Shown: positions 6,609 through 17,940, counted from the stretch's first letter. The stretch is DNA of 32,000 nucleotides from Pseudomonas sp. (GCA_035306625.1 DATGNS010000259.1:1-32000); one strand, 5' to 3'. Numbers and translations: made by a program. The notes: generated by a model not told the origin, from the letters alone.

Positions 6609-8792
6609 ATGCCTTTTCCCCGCCTTCGTCATGCCCTGCACCGCCTGTGGGGCAGGGATACCCTCGTCAACAGCCTGCGCGTGTTCATCGCCCTGGCCGG
6701 CGCCATGCTGGTCGGCCTGTGGGAACAGCGCCTGGACCTGGTGATTCCGCTGTTCCTGGGGGTTATCGCCAGCGCCCTGGCGGAAACCGATGACAACTGG
6801 CTGGGGCGCCTGCAGGCCCTGCTGGTCACCCTGGCCTGCTTCGCGGTGGCGGCCTTCTCGGTGCAGCAGCTGTTCCCCTACCCCTGGCTGTTCGTCATCG
6901 GCCTGGGCCTGGTCACCTTCGCCCTGACCATGCTCGGTGCGGCCGGCGCGCGCTACGCCACCCTGGGCTGGTCGACCCTGATCCTGGCCATCTACACCAT
7001 GATCGGCGTGGAACAGCGCGGCGGCGTGCCCGGCAGCTTCTGGCACGAACCCCTGCTGTTGCTGGCCGGCGCCGCCTGGTACGGCGCGCTTTCGGTGCTG
7101 TGGGCGGCACTGTTCGTGAACCAGCCGGTGCAGCAGAGCCTGGCGCGGCTGTTCGAGGAGCTGGGGCTGTACCTGAAGATCAAGAGCAGCCTGCTGGAGC
7201 CGGTGCGCCAGCTGGACGTGGAGGAGCGTCGCCTGGAACTGGCGCGGCAGAACGGCCGCGTGGTCAGCACCCTGAACCAGGCCAAGGAAATCCTCCTGCA
7301 CCGCTTCGCCAACGGCCGGCCCACGGCGCGCCTGAACCGCTACCTGCAGCTGTACTTCATCGCCCAGGACATCCACGAGCGCGCCAGTTCGTCCCACTAC
7401 CCGTACAACGAGCTGGCCGAGGCCTTCTTCCACAGCGACGTGATGTTCCGCTGCCAGCGCCTGCTCAACCAGCAGGGCAACGCCTGCCGCACCCTGGGCC
7501 GCGCCATCCGCCTGCGCGAACCCTTCGATCACAGCGAGAGCCGCGCGGCCCTGGACGACCTGCAGACCTCCCTGGCCCATCTCTACGAGCAGAACCGCCC
7601 GGAATGGCGCGGACTGCTGCGCTCGCTGCGTGCCCTGGCCAGCAACCTGGAAACCCTGGACCGCAAGCTGTCCGGCGCCAGCAACCCGGACGCCCTGGCC
7701 GACCAGCAGGACCAGAGCCTGCTGGATCGCTCGCCGCGCACCCTGCGCGAGGCGCTGCAGCGCATCCGCCTGCAGCTGACGCCCACCTCGCTGGTGTTCC
7801 GCCACGCGCTGCGCCTGTCCATCGCCCTGTGCGCCGGCTACGGCATCCTGCACTGGATCGATCCGACCCAGGGCTACTGGATCCTGCTCACCACCCTGTT
7901 CGTCTGCCAGCCGAACTATGGCGCCACGCGCACCCGGCTGGTGCAGCGCATCCTCGGCACCCTGATCGGCCTGGTGGCCGGCTGGGCGCTGATCGGCCTG
8001 TTTCCCCAGGCCATCCTGCAGGCCGGCCTGGCGGTGGTGGCCGGCGTGCTGTTCTTTGCCACCCGGACGACCCGCTACACCCTGGCCACGGCGGCCATCA
8101 CCCTGCTGGTGCTGCTGAGCTTCAACCAGATCGGCGACGGCTACGGACTGATCTGGCCGCGCCTGTTCGACACCCTGCTGGGCAGCCTGATCGCCATCGC
8201 CGCGGTGTTCCTGATCCTGCCGGACTGGCAGGGCCGACGCCTGGACCAGCTGCTGGCCAGCACCCTCAATGCCCACGCCCAGTACCTGCGCGAGATCCTC
8301 GCCCAGTACGCCAGCGGCAAGCACGACGACCTGGCCTACCGGGTGGCGCGGCGCAACGCCCACAACGCCGACGCCACGCTGTCCACCACCCTGTCCAACA
8401 TGCTCATGGAGCCGGGCCCCTTCCGCAAGGACGCCGAGCCGGGCTTCCGTTTCCTGGTGGTGACCCACACGCTGCTCGGCTACCTGTCCGCGCTGGGCGC
8501 GCACCGCGCGCCGCTGGGCGACGACGCGGAAGCGGCCGCGCTGACCGAAGCCGGAACCCGGATTGTCGCCACCATGGAAGAAATCGCTGCGGGACTGGCG
8601 GGGCGCTCACCCCTGGCCGTGCACAGCGAGGCCGACGAGGCGCTGGCGCGCATGCTGGAACAGACGGACATCGCGGATGATGCCCGACGCCTGGTCAGCA
8701 CTCAGCTGGCGCTGATCTGCCGGCAGCTGGCGCGGCTACGCACATTGGGCGGCCACCTGACCCGCAGGGAGCAGATGACCGCCGCGCACTGA
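6609..8792 (+). CDS. YccS/YhfK (FUSC-like) family integral membrane protein (~727 aa)
   Basis: ORF 6597..8792. There are two multi-TM blocks (residues ~20-170 and ~400-540) separated and followed by long cytoplasmic helical regions, the YccS/FUSC architecture. The start is either GTG 6597 or ATG 6609. Confidence 0.8.
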   Translation: MPFPRLRHALHRLWGRDTLVNSLRVFIALAGAMLVGLWEQRLDLVIPLFLGVIASALAETDDNWLGRLQALLVTLACFAVAAFSVQQLFPYPWLFVIGLGLVTFALTMLGAAGARYATLGWSTLILAIYTMIGVEQRGGVPGSFWHEPLLLLAGAAWYGALSVLWAALFVNQPVQQSLARLFEELGLYLKIKSSLLEPVRQLDVEERRLELARQNGRVVSTLNQAKEILLHRFANGRPTARLNRYLQLYFIAQDIHERASSSHYPYNELAEAFFHSDVMFRCQRLLNQQGNACRTLGRAIRLREPFDHSESRAALDDLQTSLAHLYEQNRPEWRGLLRSLRALASNLETLDRKLSGASNPDALADQQDQSLLDRSPRTLREALQRIRLQLTPTSLVFRHALRLSIALCAGYGILHWIDPTQGYWILLTTLFVCQPNYGATRTRLVQRILGTLIGLVAGWALIGLFPQAILQAGLAVVAGVLFFATRTTRYTLATAAITLLVLLSFNQIGDGYGLIWPRLFDTLLGSLIAIAAVFLILPDWQGRRLDQLLASTLNAHAQYLREILAQYASGKHDDLAYRVARRNAHNADATLSTTLSNMLMEPGPFRKDAEPGFRFLVVTHTLLGYLSALGAHRAPLGDDAEAAALTEAGTRIVATMEEIAAGLAGRSPLAVHSEADEALARMLEQTDIADDARRLVSTQLALICRQLARLRTLGGHLTRREQMTAAH

Positions 8793-8804
8793 CTGCCGCT
8801 GCCG

Positions 8805-9029
8805 TCAGTCCTGGGCCGGGTTGGTGTTCATGTCGCTTTCCTCCGGCACGCCGCTGGGGGTGGTGGGCGGCGGAGTGGGCGTGGTCGGCGGGACGGGCTC
8901 GGCCGGTGCCGGGGTCATGGGCTCGGTCTGCGGGGGCGGCGCGGTGTCGATCCGCTCGTCCTCGTCGGGGCCGCAGCCCACCAGCAGGACACCAAGCACA
9001 GCCGGCAGGATGAAATGCGCAAGACGCAT
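8805..9029 (-). CDS. Small proline-rich lipoprotein (74 aa), function unknown
   Basis: ATG 9029 is preceded by a strong SD (AAGGAGG, 7 nt). The N-terminus MRLAHFILPAVLGVLLVGC carries a lipobox (LVGC). The mature part is Pro/Thr/Glu-rich (PPPQTEPMTPAPAEPVPPTTPTPPPTTP). I recognise no family. Confidence 0.6.
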   Translation of the reverse strand: MRLAHFILPAVLGVLLVGCGPDEDERIDTAPPPQTEPMTPAPAEPVPPTTPTPPPTTPSGVPEESDMNTNPAQD

Positions 9030-9077
9030 GGGGTTGCCTCCTTAACCAGGGGCCGGGCAAGGCCAGCCGGAATGTGA

Positions 9078-10838
<1,761 letters not shown>

Positions 10839-10846
10839 GGTGGCCT

Positions 10847-12187
10847 TCAGTCGCGCTTGACCACCTTGGCCAGCACCACCCGGGGGCCCTTCATCTTCTT
10901 GACGATGATGCGCAGGCCGGAGGTTTCCAGGGCCTCCTCCTCCTCGGGTACCCGGTTGAGGGTCTCGTAGATCAGCCCGGCCAGGGTGTCGGCCTCGATG
11001 TGGTCGAGGTCCACGCCCAGCAGGCGCTCGATCTTGAACAGCGGGGTGTCACCGCGCACCAGCAGCTTGCCGGGCTGGTAGGCCAGCACGCCGCGCTCGG
11101 CCTTGCGGTGCTCGTCCTGGATGTCGCCGACCAGGGCCTCCAGCACGTCCTCCATGGTCAGGTAGCCGATCACCTTGCCGTCGGCCTCCTCCACCAGGGC
11201 GAAGTGCACGCCGCCCTTGCGGAACTCCTCCAGCAGGGTGGTCAGCGGCATGTGGCGGGAAATACGCTCCACCGGGCGGATCACCTCGTCCAGATCCAGC
11301 TTCCCGGGCAGCTCGCCGAGGCGCGCCAGCTCCAGCAGCAGGTCCTTGATGTGCACCAGGCCGATGAACTCGCCGGCCTCCTCGTCGTACACCGGGTAGC
11401 GGCTGTACTTGTGCCGGCGCAGGATGCCGAACAGCTCCTCCATGTCGGTGCTGCGCTTGATGTACACCAGGTCCTCGCGGGAGTTGGCCCAGTCGGCCAC
11501 TTCCAGCTCGCCCATCTCCACCGCCGAGGCCAGCACGCGGATGTCCTGGTCGCTGGGATCGTGGACACGGCTGGAGTGCAGGATCAGCTTCAGCTCGTCG
11601 CGGCTGTAGTGATGCTCGTGGTGATCGCCCGGCTCGCCCTGGCCGGCGAAGCGCAGGATGGCGTTGGCGCTGGCATTGAGCAGGAAGATCGCCGGGTACA
11701 TGGCCCAGTAGAACAGGTACAGCGGGACGGCGGTCCACAGCGACAGCAGCTCGGGCTTGCGAATCGCCCAGGACTTGGGCGCCAGCTCGCCGACCACGAT
11801 GTGCAGGTAGGAAATGAAGAAGAAGGCCACCGCGAAGGCGGAACCATGGATCACCGCCTCGTTTTCCACGCCGAGGGCGGCGAACAGCGGCTCGATCAGG
11901 TGGGCAAAGGCCGGCTCGCCGACCCAGCCCAGGCCCAGCGAGGCCAGGGTGATGCCCAGCTGGCAGGCCGACAGATAGGCGTCGAGCTGATGGTGGACGG
12001 TGCGCAGGATCTTGCCGCGCCAGCCGTGCTGGCTGGCGATGGCCTCCACCTTGGTGGAGCGCAGCTTGACCATGGCGAACTCGGCCGCCACGAAGAAGCC
12101 ATTGAGCAGAACCAGGAAGAAGGCGAACAGGACGAGGCCGAAATCGGCGAAATAGGTATAGGCGAGAGAACTAGGGGAAGGGTCCAT
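10847..12187 (-). CDS. CNNM/DUF21-CBS-CorC_HlyC family transporter ('hemolysin family'/TlyC/CorB-like), 446 aa
   Basis: It has an N-terminal 4-TM DUF21 (FFVAAEFAMVKLR...HIVVGELAPKS), a tandem CBS pair, and a C-terminal CorC/HlyC transporter-associated domain (LLVRGDTPLFKIERLLGVDL...TLAGLIYETLNRVP). Confidence 0.9.
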   Translation of the reverse strand: MDPSPSSLAYTYFADFGLVLFAFFLVLLNGFFVAAEFAMVKLRSTKVEAIASQHGWRGKILRTVHHQLDAYLSACQLGITLASLGLGWVGEPAFAHLIEPLFAALGVENEAVIHGSAFAVAFFFISYLHIVVGELAPKSWAIRKPELLSLWTAVPLYLFYWAMYPAIFLLNASANAILRFAGQGEPGDHHEHHYSRDELKLILHSSRVHDPSDQDIRVLASAVEMGELEVADWANSREDLVYIKRSTDMEELFGILRRHKYSRYPVYDEEAGEFIGLVHIKDLLLELARLGELPGKLDLDEVIRPVERISRHMPLTTLLEEFRKGGVHFALVEEADGKVIGYLTMEDVLEALVGDIQDEHRKAERGVLAYQPGKLLVRGDTPLFKIERLLGVDLDHIEADTLAGLIYETLNRVPEEEEALETSGLRIIVKKMKGPRVVLAKVVKRD

Positions 12188-12254
12188 GTCGAGCAGGGTT
12201 GGCCAATGATTGCCGCAAGATGGCCATTCGCCCGGCGTTTTTCAAGCCCGGCGG

Positions 12255-13577
12255 TCAATCGGGCGTGCTTTCCTGCGGCTGGCGCGCCAGCTGGGTCAGG
12301 GGAAAATGGCAGGTGAAGGTGCTGCCCCGCCCCGGCTGGCTGACGATGTCCAGGCGTCCGCGATGGCGCAGCAGCACATGCTTGACGATGGCCAGCCCCA
12401 GGCCGGTGCCGCCGGTGTCCGTGGCGCGGCTGGCGTCGACCCGGTAGAAGCGCTCGGTGAGACGCGGGATATGCCTGGCCTCGATGCCCGGGCCGGTGTC
12501 ACGCACCGCCAGGTGCGCGCCCTGCTCGTCGCGCCACCAGCGGATGTACACCTCGCCACCGTCGGGGGTGTACTTGACCGCGTTGAACACCAGGTTGGCG
12601 AAGGCGCTGCGCAGCTCGCCGTCGCAACCCTTGAGCCACAGGTCGGGGTCGGCCTCCAGGCTGATGCGGTGGCCGCGCGGGCCGGATAGCGCCAGGGCGT
12701 CGCGGTGGACGCTCTGCAGGAGGCGTTCGACCGCCACCGGCCGGTTGTCGGCCGGGTAGTCGGTAGCCTCCAGGCGCGCCAGCAGCAGCAGGTCGTCGAG
12801 CATGTGCGACATGCGCGCCGCCTGATCCCGCATCTGCTGCATGGGTCGCAGCCAGCGGGGCGCCAGGGCCTCGGGATGGTCGAGCAGGGTTTCCAGGTAG
12901 CCACTGATCACCGTCAGCGGCGTGCGCAACTCGTGGGAGACGTTGGCGACGAAATCCTTGCGCATCTGTTCCAGCTTCTGCATGCGCGTCACGTCGCGCA
13001 CCAGCATCAGGTGCTCCCGCTGGCCATACAGGGTGATGAAGATCTGCAGGTGGCGCTCGGCGTCCACCGGCGAGCGCAGATCCAGCGGCTCGCGGAAATC
13101 CTTGCGCTCGAAATACTCCTTGAAGCGCGGATGGCGCACCAGATTGGTCACCGGCTGGCCGTTGTCCTCGGGCGCCTTGAGACCCAACAGCCGGCTGCCG
13201 GCCGGATTCCACCATTCCAGATTGCCGTCGCGGTCGAGCATCACCACCGCATCCTGCAGGGCGGTGGTGGACTGCTGGGCGCGATCGATCACCGCCTGCA
13301 GGCGCTCGCGGGCCTCGCGGTTGCGGCGCTGCAGCAGGTGGATGCGGTCGTAGAGGGCTTCCCACAGCCCGCGCGCCTCCGGCACCTCGTCCCGGGGACC
13401 GGCGCCCTCCAGCCAGCGCTGCAGGCGCAGCAGGTCGTGCAGCAGCCAGGCCAGGTAGGCCGCCAGGCACAGCGCCAGGCTCCAGCCCCACTGGCCGCTG
13501 AACAGGCCCAGCAGCAGCGCCGCGCCCAGCAGGAGCAGGCCATGGCGCAGCAGGACGGCGGCGGGATGGGTGTTCAC
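12255..13577 (-). CDS. phoR: Phosphate regulon sensor histidine kinase PhoR (440 aa, GTG start)
   Basis: ORF 12255..13856 overlaps phoB if extended. The only sensible start is GTG 13577 (VNTHPAAVLLRHG...), 2 nt after the phoB stop. It has two N-terminal TM helices, a PAS region, the H-box FVANVSHELRTPLT, and N/G boxes (NLVFNAVKYTP, DTGPGI, GGTGLGLAIV). Confidence 0.93.
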   Translation of the reverse strand: MNTHPAAVLLRHGLLLLGAALLLGLFSGQWGWSLALCLAAYLAWLLHDLLRLQRWLEGAGPRDEVPEARGLWEALYDRIHLLQRRNREARERLQAVIDRAQQSTTALQDAVVMLDRDGNLEWWNPAGSRLLGLKAPEDNGQPVTNLVRHPRFKEYFERKDFREPLDLRSPVDAERHLQIFITLYGQREHLMLVRDVTRMQKLEQMRKDFVANVSHELRTPLTVISGYLETLLDHPEALAPRWLRPMQQMRDQAARMSHMLDDLLLLARLEATDYPADNRPVAVERLLQSVHRDALALSGPRGHRISLEADPDLWLKGCDGELRSAFANLVFNAVKYTPDGGEVYIRWWRDEQGAHLAVRDTGPGIEARHIPRLTERFYRVDASRATDTGGTGLGLAIVKHVLLRHRGRLDIVSQPGRGSTFTCHFPLTQLARQPQESTPD

Positions 13578-13579
13578 AT

Positions 13580-14269
13580 TCAGACTCGTGTGGAGAAGCG
13601 ATAGCCGGTGCCGCGCACCGTCTGCACCAGCGACTCGCAGTTCGGTCCCAGGGCCTTGCGCAACCGGCGGATATGCACATCCACGGTACGCTCCTCCACA
13701 TAGACATTGCCACCCCACACCTGGTCGAGCAGCTGGCCGCGGGTATAGGCGCGCTCCTGGTGGGTCATGAAGAACTTCAGCAGGCGGTACTCGGTGGGGC
13801 CCATTTCCGCCGGCTGGCCATCGATGGTCACCCGCTGGCTCACCGGGTCCAGGCACAGGCCGCCCACTTCGATGGGCGTCTCGCCGTCGTCGGCACCGAC
13901 GCGGCGCAGCACCGCCCTCAGGCGCGCCACCAGCTCGCGGGGCGAGAAGGGCTTGGTGATGTAGTCATCCGCGCCCACCTCCAGGCCCTGGACCTTGTTG
14001 TCCTCCTCGCCCTTGGCGGTGAGCATGATGATGGGGATGTCCGCGGTCAGCTCGTCGCGCTTCAGGCGCCGCGCCAGCTCGATGCCGGAAGTGCCGGGCA
14101 GCATCCAGTCGAGCAGCAGCAGATCGGGCCGGTGGTCGACGATCAGGCTGTGGGCCTGCTGGCTGTCGCCCGCCTCCAGGCACCGATAGCCGGCCATTTC
14201 CAGCGCCACCACGATCATCTCGCGGATCGGCGCCTCGTCGTCGACGATGAGGATGGTCTTGCCTGCCAT
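13580..14269 (-). CDS. phoB: Phosphate regulon response regulator PhoB (229 aa)
   Basis: ORF 13580..14314, with the start at ATG 14269 ([18 protein letters not shown]...). The receiver has [10 protein letters not shown], followed by a winged-helix OmpR/PhoB C-terminus ([14 protein letters not shown]...VRGTGYRFS). Confidence 0.97.
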   Translation of the reverse strand: MAGKTILIVDDEAPIREMIVVALEMAGYRCLEAGDSQQAHSLIVDHRPDLLLLDWMLPGTSGIELARRLKRDELTADIPIIMLTAKGEEDNKVQGLEVGADDYITKPFSPRELVARLRAVLRRVGADDGETPIEVGGLCLDPVSQRVTIDGQPAEMGPTEYRLLKFFMTHQERAYTRGQLLDQVWGGNVYVEERTVDVHIRRLRKALGPNCESLVQTVRGTGYRFSTRV

Positions 14270-14300
14270 GGTTTCCCTATGCGATTGGACGTTGCCCGGC

Positions 14301-14334
14301 ATTAGATAACGCAATTGTTGCAGCGATGTGACAG
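14301..14334 (-). promoter_or_regulatory. phoB promoter: Pho box CTGTCAC ATCG CTGCAAC (14334->14317), 10 nt, then -10 TCTAAT (14306->14301)
   Basis: The minus-strand read is CTGTCACATCGCTGCAAC-AATTGCGTTA-TCTAAT, about 30 nt upstream of the phoB ATG. Classical autoregulated phoBR promoter geometry. Confidence 0.7.
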
Positions 14335-14421
14335 GCGCGCGGCCGAACCGTGTGTCGGATCCCCGTGCAGGCGGCGGATTTCGGCACTCGAACCAGGAGA
14401 AACCGCGAACGGAGACACGCC

Positions 14422-14790
14422 ATGCAAAGGTTCATCTCCCTGCTCGGCGCCGGCCTGCTGGCGCTGCTGCCCACCCTCGGCGCTGCCCAGGAGGAGCCGG
14501 CCCGGGTGCAGGACGGCCGCCTGGTGGATGCCGAGGGCCTGACCCTCTACACCTACGGCAAGGACAAGGAAGGCGAGTCCAACTGCCACGAGGAATGCGC
14601 CAACATCTGGCCGCCGCTGATCGCCGCGGAGGACGCCCGGCCCTCCGGCAAGTGGAGCCTGGTCAAGCGCCGCGACGGCACGCTGCAATGGGCCTATGAC
14701 GGCAAGCCGCTGTACACCTACGCCAAGGACAAACAGCCCGGCGACACCACCGGGGACGGCGTCGGTCCCTGGAAGATGGCCAAGCCCTGA
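14422..14790 (+). CDS. Secreted small protein with two Yx(F/Y)xxD-type repeats (COG4315-like predicted lipoprotein/secreted repeat family), 122 aa
   Basis: ORF 14350..14790, with the start at ATG 14422 after SD GGAG. The signal peptide is [23 protein letters not shown]. The repeated motif is [12 protein letters not shown]...C / [18 protein letters not shown]. The family assignment is from memory of the motif. Confidence 0.7.
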   Translation: MQRFISLLGAGLLALLPTLGAAQEEPARVQDGRLVDAEGLTLYTYGKDKEGESNCHEECANIWPPLIAAEDARPSGKWSLVKRRDGTLQWAYDGKPLYTYAKDKQPGDTTGDGVGPWKMAKP

Positions 14791-14793
14791 TGA

Positions 14794-15684
14794 CTACCTG
14801 AGCAGGTAATCCGCCACCACGCCGGCGAGGATCGCCAGGCCGGCCCAGTGGTTGTGCAGGAAGGCCTGGAAGCACACCAGCGGCTCGCGGTTGCGCGTGC
14901 GGTGAAATTCCCACAGGAAGCACAGCAGCGCCACCGCCAGGCCCAGATGGAAGTACAGGCCCAGCCCGAAGCGGCCGCCGGCCAGCAGCAGGCAGAGCAG
15001 CGACAGCAGCTGCAAGGTGAGGATGATCAGCCGGTCCGCTTCGCCGAACAGGATGGCGGTGGAGCGGATGCCGATCTTCAGGTCGTCCTCGCGATCGGCC
15101 ATGGCGTAGTAGGTGTCATAGGCCACCGTCCATACCACGTTGGCAACGAACAGCACCCAGGCCTCCGGCGGCAGGCTGCCGCGCTCGGTGGTGAAGCACA
15201 TGAGGATGCCCCAGCTGTAGGCCGCGCCGAGCACCACCTGCGGGTAGTAGGTGTAGCGCTTCATGAAGGGATACAGGGAGGCCACCGCCAGGGCGCCGAA
15301 GGACAGCCAGACGGTGGTGGCGTTGGTCAGCAGCACCAGCCCGAAGCTCAGGGCCACCAGCACGGCGAACAGCACCCAGGCCTCCTTCACCCGCACCCGC
15401 CCGGTGGCCAGGGGGCGTTCGCGGGTGCGCGCCACGTGGCCGTCGAAGTTGCGGTCGGCGAAGTCGTTGATCACGCAGCCAGCCGAGCGCATGAGCACCA
15501 CGCCCAGGGTGAAGATCACCACATGGGCCGGGCTGGGCGTGCCCTCGCCGGCGATCCACAGGGCCGCCAGGGTCGGCCAGAGCAGCAGGTAGATGCCGAT
15601 CGGCCGGTCCAGGCGCATCAGCTGGATGAAGTCCCAGGCGCGGGGATGCAGGCGATTGAAGGATTGCAGCAGCTGCGTGTACAT
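14794..15684 (-). CDS. ubiA: 4-hydroxybenzoate octaprenyltransferase UbiA (296 aa)
   Basis: This is the C-terminal part of ORF 14794..16080, starting at ATG 15684 ([39 protein letters not shown]...). The prenyltransferase motifs NDFADRNFD and YAMADREDD are present. Confidence 0.95.
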   Translation of the reverse strand: MYTQLLQSFNRLHPRAWDFIQLMRLDRPIGIYLLLWPTLAALWIAGEGTPSPAHVVIFTLGVVLMRSAGCVINDFADRNFDGHVARTRERPLATGRVRVKEAWVLFAVLVALSFGLVLLTNATTVWLSFGALAVASLYPFMKRYTYYPQVVLGAAYSWGILMCFTTERGSLPPEAWVLFVANVVWTVAYDTYYAMADREDDLKIGIRSTAILFGEADRLIILTLQLLSLLCLLLAGGRFGLGLYFHLGLAVALLCFLWEFHRTRNREPLVCFQAFLHNHWAGLAILAGVVADYLLR

Positions 15685-15703
15685 GGGTCCTCCATGGGAA
15701 TCG

Positions 15704-16252
15704 CTAGGACTTGCCGGCCTCGGCGCGCACCGCCTGCCAGTGCTCCGGCAGGAAGATCTCCGCCACCAGCACGCCGACCTTGCCGCGCTGGAAGCGCGAG
15801 CGGCGGGCCCAGAGCCCGGCTCGCGCCACCTCGGCGGGCAGCCAGTGCGCAGGATAATGGCAGACCTCGAAGGGGCTGCGCCCGAACGCCTTGTCGCTGA
15901 ACAGCAGATGGCCCAGCGGGCGGCTGCCCAGGTGCTCCAGATCCAGCTGCAGGGCCTGCAGCGCCTCGCGGCCCACCACGCTGCGGGCGAACACCCAAGG
16001 CTGGCCGCCGCGTCCGCACAGGTACACCTCGCGCACCCAGCCGACGGTACCCGGCGCCAGGCCCAGGCTCGCGCATTCATCGTCGCGCAGCGCCTGCCAT
16101 TCCTCCAGCAGCGGACGCACGGAAAAGTCGCCGCCGGCCAGCGCGGTCAGGCGCAGGGTCAGCGAGCCGGGCTCGGACAACCAGTCCCGCACGCAATCGT
16201 CCGGCGCGGGGGTCGCGGACGCGAGGGACAGCCAGCAGGGAAGATCGGACAC
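15704..16252 (-). CDS. ubiC: Chorismate pyruvate-lyase UbiC (start uncertain; ~182 aa from GTG 16252)
   Basis: ORF 15704..16327 begins at a TTG. The UbiC-like body is [17 protein letters not shown]...[21 protein letters not shown]...[11 protein letters not shown]. It lies directly upstream of ubiA. No in-frame ATG exists near the 5' end; candidates are GTG 16252, GTG 16306 and TTG 16327, and none has a good SD. Confidence 0.78.
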   Translation of the reverse strand: MSDLPCWLSLASATPAPDDCVRDWLSEPGSLTLRLTALAGGDFSVRPLLEEWQALRDDECASLGLAPGTVGWVREVYLCGRGGQPWVFARSVVGREALQALQLDLEHLGSRPLGHLLFSDKAFGRSPFEVCHYPAHWLPAEVARAGLWARRSRFQRGKVGVLVAEIFLPEHWQAVRAEAGKS

Positions 16253-16391
16253 GATGAGATCGGAAGCAAGGAAACGAAAGGCTGGCAGTCTATCACGGGG
16301 CAGCACCCTACCAAGGGAAGGGATCAACGGCCTTGGCGAGCCGGCGCCCTTGCGCTAGGTTGCCCGCTCCTGCAATCAAGCGAGGCAGACG

Positions 16392-16559
16392 ATGAAGACC
16401 TGGCAATGCGCCGTATGCGGCCTGATCTACGACGAAGCCGAGGGCTGGCCCGAAGAGGGCATCGCGCCCGGCACGCCCTGGGAAGAGGTGCCCGAGGACT
16501 GGGCCTGCCCGGACTGCGGTGTCGGCAAGAGTGATTTCGTGATGATGGAAGTGGCCTGA
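16392..16559 (+). CDS. rubA: Rubredoxin (55 aa)
   Basis: Below the ORF-track size cutoff; found by manual translation: [55 protein letters not shown]. It has two CxxCG knuckles and SD GAGG upstream. Its stop overlaps the start of the next gene (TGATG). Confidence 0.93.
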   Translation: MKTWQCAVCGLIYDEAEGWPEEGIAPGTPWEEVPEDWACPDCGVGKSDFVMMEVA

Positions 16560-17713
16560 TGGATCGTCAGGCTCCCGTCGTGATCGTCGGCACCGGGCTG
16601 GCTGGCTACGGCCTGGCCCGGGAGTTTCGCAAGCTGGACACGCAGACGCCGCTGCTGCTGATCAGTGCCGACGATGGGCGTTCCTATTCCAAGCCGATGC
16701 TGTCGACCGCCTTCGCCAAGGGCCAGGACGCCGACGCCCTGGTGATGGCCGAAGCGGGTGCCATGGCCGAACAGCTGAACGCCGAGATCCGCACCCACAG
16801 CCGGGTGACCGCCATCGACGCCCAGACGCGGCGCCTGTGGCTGGGCAACGAGACGATCGACTACCGCGACCTGGTGCTGGCGCTGGGCGCCGAGTGCGTG
16901 CGGGTGCCGGTGGATGGCGACGCCACCGAACGCATCCTGTCGATCAACGACCTGGAGGACTACGCCCGCTTCCGCGCCGCGCTGGCCGGCAGGCAGCGGG
17001 TGCTGATCCTCGGCGCCGGGCTGATCGGCTGTGAATTCGCCAACGACCTGCGCCTGGGCGGCTTCGAGGTGGACCTGGTGGGCCTGGCCGAGCAGCCCAT
17101 GCCCGACCTGCTGCCGGCGCAGCTGGGCGACGCCCTGAGCGACGCGCTGCGGGAACTGGGCGTGAACCTGTATCTGGGCCGCACCCTGGCCAGCCTGAAC
17201 CACAGCGGCGACGGCCTGCAGGCACTGCTCTCCGATGGTACCCGCCTGGAGTGCGATCTGGTGCTGTCGGCCGTCGGCCTGCGCCCGCGTACCGCGCTGG
17301 CCGCCACGGCCGGCCTGGCCACCGGGCGCGGCATCCGGGTCGACCGGCAGCTGCGCACCTCCGCCGAGCACATCTATGCCCTGGGCGACTGCGCCGAGGT
17401 GGACGGCCTCAACCTGCTCTACGTGATGCCCCTGATGGCCTGCGCCCGCGCCCTGGCCAGGACCCTGGCCGGCGAGCCCGGTGAGGTGCGCTACGGCCCC
17501 ATGCCGGTGATGGTGAAGACCCCCGCCTGCCCGCTGGTGGTGGCCGTGCCGCCGCCAGGGCGCAGCGGCACTTGGGAGGTCAGTGGCGAGGGTCGGGACT
17601 GGCAGGCGCTGTGTCACGATGCCGCGGGCAACCTGCTGGGCTACGGCCTGAGCGGCCAGGCCGTGCAGGGCCGTCTGGCGCTGAATCGGCAGCTGTCACC
17701 CCTGCTGGACTGA
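16559..17713 (+). CDS. rubB: Rubredoxin-NAD(+) reductase (FAD-dependent pyridine nucleotide-disulfide oxidoreductase), 384 aa
   Basis: The FAD fold is [17 protein letters not shown] and the NAD fold is [23 protein letters not shown] is present. It is translationally coupled to the rubredoxin gene. Confidence 0.9.
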   Translation: MDRQAPVVIVGTGLAGYGLAREFRKLDTQTPLLLISADDGRSYSKPMLSTAFAKGQDADALVMAEAGAMAEQLNAEIRTHSRVTAIDAQTRRLWLGNETIDYRDLVLALGAECVRVPVDGDATERILSINDLEDYARFRAALAGRQRVLILGAGLIGCEFANDLRLGGFEVDLVGLAEQPMPDLLPAQLGDALSDALRELGVNLYLGRTLASLNHSGDGLQALLSDGTRLECDLVLSAVGLRPRTALAATAGLATGRGIRVDRQLRTSAEHIYALGDCAEVDGLNLLYVMPLMACARALARTLAGEPGEVRYGPMPVMVKTPACPLVVAVPPPGRSGTWEVSGEGRDWQALCHDAAGNLLGYGLSGQAVQGRLALNRQLSPLLD

Positions 17714-17739
17714 CATTCCGTCGGAACTGAGGCCTGGTT

Positions 17740-17759
17740 GACGGGCCGAAAGGCCCGTC
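17740..17759 (+). terminator. Hairpin GACGGGCC-GAAA-GGCCCGTC 27 nt after the rubB stop (no U-tract)
   Basis: Perfect 8-bp stem with a GAAA tetraloop, read directly. Because no T-run follows, it may be an RNA-stability element rather than an intrinsic terminator. Confidence 0.35.
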
Positions 17760-17940
17760 GGGACTGGCGTGGCCGCTGGGCGCATGCCATCCTCGAATCG
17801 ACTGCCGCGGGCTGAACCGGTGGCAGGCAGCCGCGCCGCTGCGGCCGCCGATCCGGGGGTTCCGCTGCAATGGGGGCTGTTCTGCCAGAGCAGCACGACA
17901 CACAACAAGAACAACAATGAAACCGTCGAAGAGGCATCTT

